A stretch of 64,000 nucleotides of DNA. It comes from Massalongia carnosa. Taxonomy: Eukaryota. Made by a program: the position numbers and the translations under genes. The stretch is taken from NCBI GenBank assembly GCA_965645245.1, contig OZ287073.1, forward strand, positions 868,001 through 932,000, read 5' to 3'. Positions 50,911-61,869 of the stretch are shown here, piece after piece. Under the pieces are notes generated by a model. The model did no database searches. It saw only the letters and a program-made list of their open reading frames with translations, and was not told the DNA's origin. Numbering within the stretch: the first letter of the stretch is position 1; each line of letters opens with the position of its first letter.

Positions 50911-50913
50911 TAG

Positions 50914-50928
50914 TTCCCCTCTCTCTTT
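50914..50928 (-). promoter_or_regulatory. Polypurine tract
   Basis: AAAGAGAGAGGGGAA on the minus strand, 3 nt before the 3' LTR. Confidence 0.9.
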
Positions 50929-50997
50929 AGGTGTCGACCCCTGACACCTATCACTGTTCCTACTCCACCGTTCGCTTCATTCCGGCCTCAGCAAACT

Positions 50998-51474
50998 CTA
51001 ACTCCTCCTCATCCAGCTCGGGTCCCGGAGTCGTATCAATGTCATCAGAGATGTGAGAATAGGCCTGCCATGTGACTCTCGCTTTAACCGAAAAGATGAC
51101 CTAGTCCCAAAGTCCTCTTCCTCTGCTTTCTTCACATGCTGAAACATAATAGTGGCCTCCTTGAGTGTTCGATTCCTCCATTCTCCAACTGCCCGTGACA
51201 GTTGGGCCATATCCACCTCCTCAATTACATCGTCTTATTGAGCTTTGAACTCTTCTTCTTTCATCACCGAGGCCCAGGCATCATTCTGTATGACATAGTC
51301 ATAATAGTCCACTATGCTATCCCCTAGCATATGCTGGAACTCTATTAGCTGCGATTCTATGGTCCTCTGTCCCTCGTATCGGTCTGCTGGGGTCAATGTC
51401 TCAAGAAAAGCTAGTGCGTCTGTCATGCGGTGGAAGCGGTCATTTCCTAGGACAATGACTACTTGGAAAGACAT
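50998..51474 (-). pseudogene. Extra ORF between pol and the 3' LTR (about 158 codons, one internal TAA)
   Basis: ORFs 51235-51474 and 50998-51216 are in the same frame, separated by one stop and six sense codons (DDVIEE). Confidence 0.5.
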
Positions 51475-51831
51475 GCCAAAAGATGTAAGGCAAGTAAGGT
51501 AAGATAAATTGTTCCAAGTTATCGAGTAGCTTGCTGACTTTCGCTTAGATAAGAAGTTGAGCTTAGCAGAGATGTTTGCTGATAGGAAGATAGTATATGT
51601 GCTGATCAGGTAGGTAGTAAAAGCTAGATAATTTGCTGAGTTCTGGTAGTATGGAAAAGGTAAAACATGGAGGTGAGGATTCGGAAGATGGCAATTTCGA
51701 CTAAGGTTGGTGAAGTTTTCGGTGAATTTTGGTAAGTGTGAAATGAAACTATTCCGAAGGTTCGTGTGCTTCCTCCGCTGACAATATGCATTTTACTAAG
51801 GAAATTCGTTCGATATAGGTAGTCGGATATG

Positions 51832-54800
51832 TCAATTTTCCACCGTCTCCATCGCATCAGCACGTCTGCTAGGAATCACTACTGCCATTGGCCAGCCAGG
51901 TGGAATCATGGACTGTCGGTCGTCCTCGTCCCCCCCATGGTTTATAGTCGGCCCCTGACTATTATGTTGCTCAGGTTCTTCTATCGGAGGTAAGTTAATA
52001 TTTTGCCGAGCATGAAATGGTTTCAGTCGATTTCCTGCAAAGGTTCCAGCTAATAGGGTGCCGTCTAGTTCACATAGTTTGTAAGTTCCCTTATCAACAA
52101 TTGTTTGTTGAATTTTATATGGTCCCAACCACCTGAACGTTAGTTTGCCTGTGTGCTGATTGTCTAATTTAGTGTCGTGCAAAAGAATTAATTGACCCTC
52201 GGTGAGTTCAATTGATCTCAGATTGTTCAGAGTGTCAAAGGTCTCTTTGCCTTCCATTCTTTGTCTTTGCAGGAATAAAGCTGTCTCTTCCATGTCTTCG
52301 TCCCTTCGCTGTATTTGTCTCGCACGCATAGCTAGCAATTCGTCTGTTGTATGAACTTCATTCCATGGTAATATTCTCCATGTTGGAATTTCCAGTTCAA
52401 TTGGTAGAACAGCCTCATTGCCGCTATTCAGATAGAAAGGTGTGTTGCCGGTGCTAGCACGAACTGTTGTACGGTCGGCCCATAGTACTGCAGGAAGATT
52501 ATCAACCCATTTGCCCATGCCTCCATTTGTCATTTTGGATAATGCTTGAACAACTGGCCGATGTCCCCGTTCTATCATGCCATTGGCTTGCGGATGATAG
52601 GCAGAAACAACTACTCTTTTGATACCATATCGATTTGCTAATTCGATAACAGCATCTTTGTTTTCTGGTCCACCATCAACAATCAGTTTTCCGAAGCACC
52701 CATGTCTGCATATAACATCTTCCCACAAGAATCTCGCGACATTCTGAGCGGTAGCTTTTCCTAGTGCTCTACCCTCGACCCATCCGGAAAAGTCATCTCT
52801 GGCCATAACAATATAGTGCTTGCCTCGACAAGCTGGCATGTGGACCACGTCTAAGCCAACCTTCTGCCACATGAAGGTAACCCATGTCGGATGAAGTGCT
52901 TCCTCGAGCCTAGTGGGGTCACGTTTCTGACATTCCTCGCAGGACCGAACATAGCCTTTTACATCATCGTGCAATTGTTCCCACCAGTACCTGTCTGCTA
53001 TGCGTCTGTATGTGCCCTCTCTGCCTCTATGTCCACTTTCGTCATGCAGCTGTTTCAATATTTCCAACTTCCGCTCATCGGAGTCTATCACTCTCCTGGA
53101 AGGTACGTTCTTGCTGTTTCGTCTATAAAGATGGCCATCTTGTACTCGATAGCGCAAGGCCTCGCTCTTAAACGCTCTAAACTCTTTGCGGTTTAGTCCA
53201 ACCGGCTTTTGTATTGATGTTAGAAATGCAGCGATTCTCTCGGACTTATCACTATATCCGGCCTTTAGCACTTTTTCGTCTGGCACCTCGTCTGCGGAGT
53301 TAACGGAAATTGGACAGGCCCTTAGTGAATTCAGTTCGGCATCTATGAAGTCGTCTATGTCTTGCTCCTGCTGTTCGGCCCGAATTTCTTCCTCAGTATG
53401 AGGTCGTCTAGACAGTCCATCTGCTGCCGTATGTTTTCGGCCAGCAACATGTTTGACCTCGAAGTCAAACAGTCGTATCCATGCTATCCATCGGACTATC
53501 AGAGCACCAGGCAAATCGGTACAAGCTCCATTCAATTGCGCCACTAGGACGTTGGCGTCTGTCTCCAACACAAAGTGAACTCCATATAGCCAGTGCCTTG
53601 TCTTTTTCAATGCCTTTAGAACGCCTCGACACTCTCGCTTGGTTGCATCATATCGCTGTTCCACCTCGCTCCATACTCCGCTTTCGTACCGAATGGGGTG
53701 ACGCTTACCATCAAAGATTTGCATCAGTACAGCGCCCCATCCTTTCAAACTCGCATCCACAGCCAATATGATAAGTCCAGCTAGCTCGCTATAGTCAATG
53801 GTCTTTAGTGCTGGCGGAGATGTCAGAGCTATCTTCAGCAAGTCCATTGCCTCGGTTTGTTCCATGCCCCATACAAAAGCAGCATCTTTCTTCAGCAGAC
53901 GATATATTGGTTCAGCAACAATGGCAAAGTCCAATATCCATATGCGATAGTACACACACACACCTATAAAAGCACGAGCGGAAGAAGCGTCGGTGCATAT
54001 CGGCCACTCTAGAATTTTGATAACCTTAGCGGTGTCCGGATGTCTACCATCGGAGTCGGTCACAAATCCTACTATCTTCAGACCGGCCATGCAAAATTGC
54101 AACTTTTCTCCGGAGATAGTGCATCCAGCCCTTTCTATGTCCGCGAGTACCCCATCTAGCCACATGAGATGTTCAAGCACGTACTTTCTGATGCCCGGTG
54201 CCACTTCTTCACCACCATAATCAGTCTTCGGCCCCTTCACTCCGATGTCATCAAGGAAAGGTTTAGCACGGTTCGGAATGTGGTCCTGCAGTATCTTTGT
54301 CACTACCCGTTCGAACTGTGCAACCGAATTGGTAGCTCCCATTGGTATAGATGTCATTCGCAATAGTCCTATTGGTGTCATGAAGGCGGTCATGTCTCGA
54401 CTATGAACATCGAGTTCCATTTGGTCATATCCTGAAAACAAGTCGATCAAGGAAGCGATGTGGCAGCCAGCAAAGTCCTCTGAGAATTCGTCTACCGAAG
54501 GTGGCAGATTTGCGTCTCGGATGGTCACTTTGTTCATGTCTAGGGCCGCATTAATTAATCGGTACTTATTTTTCTCTTTCTTCTTCACTATGAACCATGG
54601 ATTTCGATAGGGACCATGACAAGGTTCCAACGTTCCTCGCTGCAGTCGGTCCTTCAGCATCTCTATCACCATCGGTACCAGGGCCCTTGGCAATGGGAAT
54701 GATGGGGTCTGCCATGCCTCATTTGGAATAGTGTTGATTTTACATGGTGGAGACACCTCAGGTTTGACTCTGCCCATCTCGGAAAACTCCCATGACAGCG

Positions 54801-55419
54801 CTGCTTCTCGATTGTATAACATCTGGGTCAACACTTCTTTCTCAGCAGACGTCATACTGTCGCCCACTGTCATTCGCTGCAGCCGTTCCGGTGTCAATCG
54901 TGAGCCTTTGAATATTGTCGAGAACTTTGGAATTAGCCAATCAGGGAACTTTTCTGACTTTGGTAGGCCTCTCTCTTTCTCTAGCGCCTTCGCTTTCCAA
55001 TCTGCTATTCCACCAGGTATGGTGCCATCCGACTGGTCAGAATTCACTGGTCGAACCTTGACTGCCTTCCGTTTGTATGCCGTATCAACTCTCACACTAC
55101 TCCGTCGCCCGAACACCCTGTTCTGATTGATCGTGTACATGTCGAATTTCCGAGAAAACCTCAGAGCCGAAAGTCCGACCGAGCCAGTTGCACGCGACGG
55201 TGTGAAGACGCGAACATAGTGGTCCATCGCCGCCTCTTCCGCACTAGTCGCTGTAGGAGTTAGGGCTATTTGATTTAATAGGCCGGGCCTGTTAAATGGA
55301 ATGGAAGATTTATTCTCCGATAGTCCAACCCTAAAACTCGACACTTTCGCTCTCTCCAGGTTTTTATTACTGCTACCAGCCATGGACCTGTTCTGCACAT
55401 GGTGGCTAGCTAGTTTAAA
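51832..55419 (-). CDS. pol: Gypsy pol polyprotein (RT, RNase H, integrase), open frame
   Basis: DANLPP, LIDLFSGYDQ, PMGATNS, FLDD; RNase H LAVDAS..ETDAN..ADGLSRR; integrase H-H-C-C (HDESGH..CEEC), D-D-E, WLGPY. The frame is open back to the TTTAAAC site. Confidence 0.95.
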   Translation of the reverse strand, partial: FKLASHHVQNRSMAGSSNKNLERAKVSSFRVGLSENKSSIPFNRPGLLNQIALTPTATSAEEAAMDHYVRVFTPSRATGSVGLSALRFSRKFDMYTINQNRVFGRRSSVRVDTAYKRKAVKVRPVNSDQSDGTIPGGIADWKAKALEKERGLPKSEKFPDWLIPKFSTIFKGSRLTPERLQRMTVGDSMTSAEKEVLTQMLYNREAALSWEFSEMGRVKPEVSPPCKINTIPNEAWQTPSFPLPRALVPMVIEMLKDRLQRGTLEPCHGPYRNPWFIVKKKEKNKYRLINAALDMNKVTIRDANLPPSVDEFSEDFAGCHIASLIDLFSGYDQMELDVHSRDMTAFMTPIGLLRMTSIPMGATNSVAQFERVVTKILQDHIPNRAKPFLDDIGVKGPKTDYGGEEVAPGIRKYVLEHLMWLDGVLADIERAGCTISGEKLQFCMAGLKIVGFVTDSDGRHPDTAKVIKILEWPICTDASSARAFIGVCVYYRIWILDFAIVAEPIYRLLKKDAAFVWGMEQTEAMDLLKIALTSPPALKTIDYSELAGLIILAVDASLKGWGAVLMQIFDGKRHPIRYESGVWSEVEQRYDATKRECRGVLKALKKTRHWLYGVHFVLETDANVLVAQLNGACTDLPGALIVRWIAWIRLFDFEVKHVAGRKHTAADGLSRRPHTEEEIRAEQQEQDIDDFIDAELNSLRACPISVNSADEVPDEKVLKAGYSDKSERIAAFLTSIQKPVGLNRKEFRAFKSEALRYRVQDGHLYRRNSKNVPSRRVIDSDERKLEILKQLHDESGHRGREGTYRRIADRYWWEQLHDDVKGYVRSCEECQKRDPTRLEEALHPTWVTFMWQKVGLDVVHMPACRGKHYIVMARDDFSGWVEGRALGKATAQNVARFLWEDVICRHGCFGKLIVDGGPENKDAVIELANRYGIKRVVVSAYHPQANGMIERGHRPVVQALSKMTNGGMGKWVDNLPAVLWADRTTVRASTGNTPFYLNSGNEAVLPIELEIPTWRILPWNEVHTTDELLAMRARQIQRRDEDMEETALFLQRQRMEGKETFDTLNNLRSIELTEGQLILLHDTKLDNQHTGKLTFRWLGPYKIQQTIVDKGTYKLCELDGTLLAGTFAGNRLKPFHARQNINLPPIEEPEQHNSQGPTINHGGDEDDRQSMIPPGWPMAVVIPSRRADAMETVEN

Positions 55420-58400
55420 GTTTCGTCTCGGTTCTCCGGAAACAGGTCCTCTGCTGTATGGAGTTTGCTACCAGGATCGGAAGTCGCTATGAACTTAGCA
55501 GTTCGTTTCCCATCTTCAGCATGTATGGTGCATTCTACCTCGTTGTTACGGTAGTCCAAGCCCACACGCATCTGGTGAAGATAATGTTGTCCTAGCACTA
55601 GTTGATGGTCCGCAGCATCAATGACAAATATGTGGTTAAGCGACGCTACTCCGCCAATATCAACCTCCACGTTTTCACATAATCGTCGGCTCGCTTACCT
55701 CCGGGATCCGACTTGAAAAAATGTCGACCGCATTTTAGTCGGGGAAAGCGGTTGCATCCCGGAAAGCGGTTGCATCCCCCCAAATTCAAATTTCTTCATC
55801 TTTTTGATCATTGACCAACAACCACATTGATTAAAAATCAGCCGATACCGTACATAGCTTGAAAATCATCGCCGTCATCATCACCGTCGTCAAAATCATT
55901 TCCCTTGACTCCCCTGACCCCCTGACCCTCGTGATTCTCCGCTTACTCCGCATACCCCGCATACCCCGCATTCTAACAATCATTCGCATCTCCTGGTTGA
56001 AAAGATGCTTCCGAATCGAATTCTTTCAATGATTCTTCCAAATCGAAAGATACGAAATCATCTCGTAGCCATGTTTCTCCTTCTGGAAGATCTGGAAGGA
56101 TTGAATTATCTCCATGACCAGTGCTATCTACGATAAACGTGACATCTTCCTCATTGACATTGGCACGCGGATTCTTTCTAATTTCCTTCTTCGCTTCCTC
56201 AGCTATCCATACCTCATTCGTGGCCTTCCATAATGCCTCGGGGTCAGGAATCTTCTCATACATCTTAATTGGAATGGGACCGAGCATTTTCTGCATTTCT
56301 TTCAGCTGTTTAACTCGATCTCTTTCTGCTTTTCGAGCAGCCAATCCCTTGACATGCATTTCGTCTCTTTCTATTCGCCATAGCTTCATGAAGCTATTAT
56401 TCGCTCGTTTCTCCTCAGCCTCTTGATCCTGTTGTAGTCTGATGGCTATAGCCTGCTTTGCATCTTCCGCTGTGATTCCCAATCTTCCGGTTTCTGGTCT
56501 CAGACGTTTACGAGACATTCGTCTGTTATTTAACTGACTTCTTCTTGATTCTCGATGCATTTCCAGCTCCGTGCCATCGATAATTGCATTCGAAACAACT
56601 TCATTTGTATTGTCTACAAATGAGTCCCATTCCTCAGCCCGAGCGGGATCACTCCATTGCATGGATTTTCTGATTTTCGGTCCCCATTGACTCAAACCAT
56701 ACTCAATGTCAGCTACTTTTGTCGGTTGGATTTGACGAGGTAGGGGTAGAGGTAATGAGGGCTCATTATTCAGACTGTTTAATGAATCATTGGGATCATT
56801 GGGATTGAAATTTTTCAGCTGACGAATGCATGCCTTTGGATCAATCGGCCACATTCCCGACTTTTCAAATGCATGCCGAATCGTAGAAGTCTTGAATGTA
56901 TGATTTCTGATTTTGGTCAAGTCCTGTATAAATTGAGACAGAGAATACTCGACAAATGACGACGCAACGACTTCCTCAATAGCTTTGCAATGCCAATGCT
57001 TATAAGGCTGAAATACGCCCACATCCAATGGTTGCATGCAATGAGTTAAATGCGGTATAAAGGGAAAGGGTCAAATGCGATTCTCATTGGCCAAAAGTGA
57101 AAATTCAGGGGTTGTATGACTGCCATGATTATCCATCAGCAATAATTGCCATTCCGCATCAGGTCCTGCATTTGTATGTTTGATAAGATGCTTCAAATAT
57201 TCAATTGCTATCTTATCAGATGTAAAACCACTGTTCGAGGGCACGACATACGTGCCCTCGGGCACACCTTCTAAAAACCATGTGGCCATGATGTCATGAC
57301 CCTGTACGATGATCATTGGAGGGGGGGGATAGTCGCCGGCAGCATTGATAGTCTCAATAACTGTCGCAGATCTGCGATTTTCCGGGCTGACGGCGTAGAA
57401 TTGTTTGATTTCCTCAGGAACAATGATTTCCTGACCCCTCATGCATCCAACCCGAAAACCAGCTTCATCAAAGTTCAAAATGTTCCGACTTTTTCGAATT
57501 TTCAACTCTTTCAACACCTCTCTATACCTTTCAAACCATTCTATCACATCTGATTCTTGGGCAGCTTCATAACGAATCATTGCTAGTGGTTTTGTCTTTA
57601 TTTTATGAAGTTTGTTACATTTCCACCAGCTCCGAAACCATCTTCTTGACGGGCCTACCTCGAGGGGGTTATGGGCCTTTTTCAGACTTACAATAGCCTT
57701 GAAAACCATCTGATGTGTAGGAAGAATTCCATGCATCAATAAGGACTTAATAAAGCCAGTAATTGACCTTGCCTCATGCTCCCTCAGTATCTGATTTTGT
57801 CCTCCATTTTTCCTCCCTTCTGGTCGACGAATGGAAGACGTCAAAGTTTTGACGTTGATATTGTAGATTCTAGCTGCAGTCGTTTTACTTTCTTTGGGAT
57901 GATTTGTCAGAAATTTCTTCGCCTTTTCCAATCTTTCCATGGGGTTGAGAGTGGAGACAAGGGAGGCGTCGTTATCCATGATACGAAAGGGGAGATTGGT
58001 TTGGGGGATTGATTCGAGAGGAAAGAATTTGAATTGATGATCAGTTGGGTCGGAGAAATAATTTTCAAGCTATGTACGGTATCGGCTGATTTTTAATCAA
58101 TGTGGTTGTTGGTCAATAATCAAAAAGGTGAAGAAATTTGAATTTGGGGGGATGCAACCGCTTTCCGGGATGCAACCGCTTTCCCCGACTAAAATGCGGT
58201 CGACATTTTTTCAAGTCGGATCCCGGAGGTAAGCGAGCCGACGATTACCCCGAGGAATTCCTTTCTATGTCCGGTATGGGAAATTAGATTGATATTTGGG
58301 TAAGGTCGCATGGCCAGACCCTCGCGCTTAGCGACATCATATGTCATCACGTTCACTTCGGCACCTGAGTCAAGAAGAGACTTATATCGGCCTCCATCAC

Positions 58401-60297
58401 CAACTCGCACTTTGGCTTTAGGTGTCGACCTTGTATATGCTCTGCGGAGTAGTGGATCCCGAATGCCGATAGAGCCGATTTTTACCGTTGGACCGTCCTG
58501 TCTTTCTGCTTCCGTATTTCGTGTCACTTTGTTAACTACCGATTTAAACATGGGTAACATGGCTATGATATTGCCATTGGTCAGTCCTCCAGTACCAGCT
58601 GCTAGCGATTGCAGATAGCGGCCCTGTATCAAGTCCACGTTGAACTCTCGTCTCGCTATCTTCAGGAATTCTTCTGCACCTATCTTTTCTATGGCGTCTC
58701 GAACTTCTCCACGAATAGGTGCCCTCAGCACTCCGGTACCCGGCTTCTTCTTTCCGCCGCCTTTCCCAGCTAGACCTGCTTCTGTCATTTCCACATCTTC
58801 TTCTATAGGGTCAGCAAATGTTACCCGAGGTTCTGCCGCGGAAGCTCTGTCGGTTGGTTTTGATTGGTCAAGACTATCATTCCGACGTTCTACCGACGTA
58901 GGAAGCGGACTCCAATTGCCATATCTAGGTGCTTTCGGTACTGCGAAATGGTCCTCGCGCTCAGCCCTGCGTTTCAGAATTCGTTTAGCCGGCTCTTTCC
59001 AGTTCTCCTCAGCAGGTTTATTGTTTTCGGTCCTAGCCGAGTTGATAGAGGTAGTATGTTCGATGATCGTCACCTCCGGGTCCCATTCTTCGTCAGAAGA
59101 AAAGTCATCTGCACTATCCTCGCCTATTCGAACCGTGTGCACTTCGGCATTTTGTCCAGCTTGACTAAATTGATTGGCCAACATCTTCGCACGTCTAATG
59201 GACTCTTTTTGTGTCACACCCGGTAAATGCCGAATTGGGTTGGAATATGTACCCATCGGTCCCAGACAGAGCAGGCCTTTCTCATTCAGATGGATAACAC
59301 CATTCCTTTGGTCAGCGTCGAAGTCTGGACAGTCTCTTCGCCTGTCATGCAGTACCTTCTCTCCACAATAGTTGCAGCTTTCGTCGCTACCATATTGATG
59401 GTCATGCTGTTGTCTCTGTCCGTCATAGGATGACTGTCTATGTGGTGATTGGGAACGGTTCCGACTCTGCTGACTCTGCTGACTATTCTGATTGGCCGGT
59501 CGCATTTGAGCTCCGGTGGCAAGGACTAATGCATCGAACTTATTGGTCAGGTCCATGATAGTTTTCTCCGTGGACTTCGATAGGCTAACAGTAGTCGAGT
59601 CTGCTACTGGTGGACTAAGCGAGTTCATGATATTTTCATGACCGTCTAGCACTATCTTTTTGTCGAACTGGTCGGCTAGAGCACTATATTTATCGGTTAC
59701 ACTCTTCTCGGTCCGCATCACCTCCTTATATTTCATTCTCGCCTCTACTAGTGTCAGAGTCTTTTTCACCAGTCCATCAAAGTCCTTCATCACATTATCG
59801 TCGAAATCAACACCTCGGCGAAAGAACAACTCTTCGCGTATGTCAGCAGGAAGACCTTGCATGAACCACTGATTTCGTGTGTAAATGTCTAGCTTCTCTT
59901 GACTAATTAGGGCTTTGGATATGGCACCGAACTTCCAACAGAAGTTCCGCACATCATCGTCGCTAGTGCGTACTTTGTCCTTGTATGACTCCAGAAACGG
60001 TCGAGAATTCACCTGCTGAATGCTATCGCCAGCCTTGTACTCTTTCTTCATCACCTTGCTCAGCTGTGTCCATCTTCTCTCCACAAAGTCCGGAAGCGAC
60101 TCAATGGTCTGGCCAATTAGCATGTCGCAATAACGGGGCAACCTACGAATCTTCTCATTGTTTCCGACATGATAGTCCTCACACATATCCTCGTACCGAC
60201 TCAGGAACTCCGACACATTTTTACCTTGAAAGAATGGAGTGCCAGGAGTGCCTGGTTGAGGCATGGTCATCACAAATCCAAAGGGTCCAGCGGACAT
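55410..60297 (-). CDS. gag: Gag-protease ORF, interrupted by the 55682-58245 transposon
   Basis: PFFQGKNVSEFLSRYE.., zinc knuckle CNYCGEKVLHDRRRDC, aspartyl protease LLDSGAEVNVM. Removing the insert and one TA restores EFLGVCENVEVDIGG..LVLGQHYL..ETLN*. Confidence 0.9.
55682..58245 (-). mobile_element. Fot1/pogo DNA transposon with 185-bp TIRs and TA TSD; transposase has a single nonsense codon
   Basis: TIRs 55682-55866 and 58061-58245; TA at 55680-81 and 58246-47. Transposase 55973-57979 (NFDEAGF, LMDNHGSH, QPLDVGVFQPYK) is in one frame with a TGA at 57071-57073. Confidence 0.95.
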
Positions 60298-61515
60298 GGC
60301 TGGTCTATTTCCAAAAGACTCGGGCTTGTCGACGATGGTGTGGTCATGGTGCTCTCTGCCTCGTGACTAGGTTGACCTTCGGTTGTAGGTATGATAGTCG
60401 ATGGACTATCTCGGCTCGCAGGTGGAGCAGGACTATCAGTTCGCGTACGTGCCTCGTTAGTGTTTCGGACGCTAATGACAAGTTGCTCAAGAAGAGGAAT
60501 GAGGTTTGTAACGATTTTTGTCAGCTGTGAGGTAGTTGTTTCTTTGTCGTCAGAGGTTGGGATATGACTACTCGGCTGACAATAGTATGGATGACAATGC
60601 GAAACAGGATGATGAGTATACGTCTCTCCTGCAGACGAATGACCAATAGGAGCTTGCTTAGTCGGCTCGAAACAATGATATGACAAACAAGGACAAGTAT
60701 GTGTCTGGTACGGTGGAGGTAGGTCGAAATGTCTGTGGTGCAGAGGTGCTGGTGCCGCCTCCGTATGCAGACGTTGTCTGTTATAGCAATGCGCTCTGCT
60801 TTCTCTCTCGGTATTGTCAACTGGTGAATAGGAAGTTTGATATGAATTGTACGAATGGGTAGAATGGAATGGCTGCGCTATTCTGCCATCGGAGGGAAAT
60901 GAGGCTACTTTTATGTCTACTCCGTGTCGTTTTGTCTCTCGGTTCCCGACGCTGGCTAATCTCCTAGCAGGAATGCGATACCGCTCAGGCCCCATGTCTG
61001 TGGGTACACTATATTTTTGCCACTGTCGCACTCACGCCGTCGCTAAATCATTGAGGCATTCGCTAAATGTGGCGATGTTCTCAAACGGGATTAGTCTGTC
61101 GACTTCAACTGCCGAGTCGCAATTCCGAGGCTCCTGATTGGTCCGGTCCGTAATGCCGTCACTTTTCCGTCTGTCTTCGTCTCGATGTCAATTCTTTTAG
61201 TACCTAGACCGTCTCCACCGTGTCGCAAGCTGTATGGGGTCGTCCCGTCGCTATGTCCGAGTCCGCGCGTTCTTGAGAGGTCTGTTCGTGCCTCGTTGTC
61301 AGGGTCAAATGGATGCCCCCGTTCTTTCTGTCTTTCTCCGGTCACTGTATGTCGTTTTTCCACTATCTCTAGATATCTGTACGCTGTCGCTGCTTCCTGT
61401 CGCTGTTTCCTGTCGCTATTTCCTGTCGCTGTCGCTGTCGCTGTAAGTCTACTGTCTGTCTCACATGTCTGTCTAGACTCGTCGTTTGATTCCTGCTCCC
61501 GGTCAAATAGAGATC

Positions 61516-61530
61516 GCACCGTGGTCGCCA
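61516..61530 (-). promoter_or_regulatory. Primer-binding site TGGCGACCACGGTGC (tRNA identity not determined)
   Basis: Begins with TGG (complement of tRNA CCA), 2 nt after the 5' LTR. Confidence 0.8.
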
Positions 61531-61532
61531 AA

Positions 61533-61869
61533 TGTGGAAGGATGAACTGGGTGGTGTGCGTGGTCCACTACTGCTAGGAGTGCAAGAGAACAAACAAACA
61601 AGAGAAGAACAGAACAATAGAATAAGGACAATAGCTAGACTGGTCTCTGTATGCCTCGTGCCTCGTGCCTCGTGCCTGTGAACTGTATGTGTTGTAGCTA
61701 TTGCTACGAGCATGCTTGCTCCAAAAGGAAAAGAACTATCTATAACTAAGCTAAAAGAAAGACTGTCACCTGACTTCCCCGCTACCTTTACCGAGTATCA
61801 GCCGAAAAGAACCAACTCCCGAACCGCTAGCAATTTGAATTTAGAGTATCACCGCTCCACCCCCCTACA
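61533..61869 (-). repeat. 5' LTR (337 bp)
   Basis: Same termini as 50555-50910; differs by three indels (net 19 bp) and a few substitutions in the middle. Confidence 0.95.

Larger units (their letters stand above)
50555..61869 (-). mobile_element. Full-length Ty3/gypsy LTR retrotransposon (non-chromodomain, probably Ylt1-like) carrying a nested DNA transposon
   Basis: Two TG..CA LTRs, PBS, PPT, gag-protease and pol in the order RT-RNaseH-integrase. Confidence 0.95.

Noticed and set aside
52891..61577. Plus-strand ORFs antisense to gag, pol and the transposase
   Set aside because: Shadow ORFs of long minus-strand coding regions with no independent motifs.
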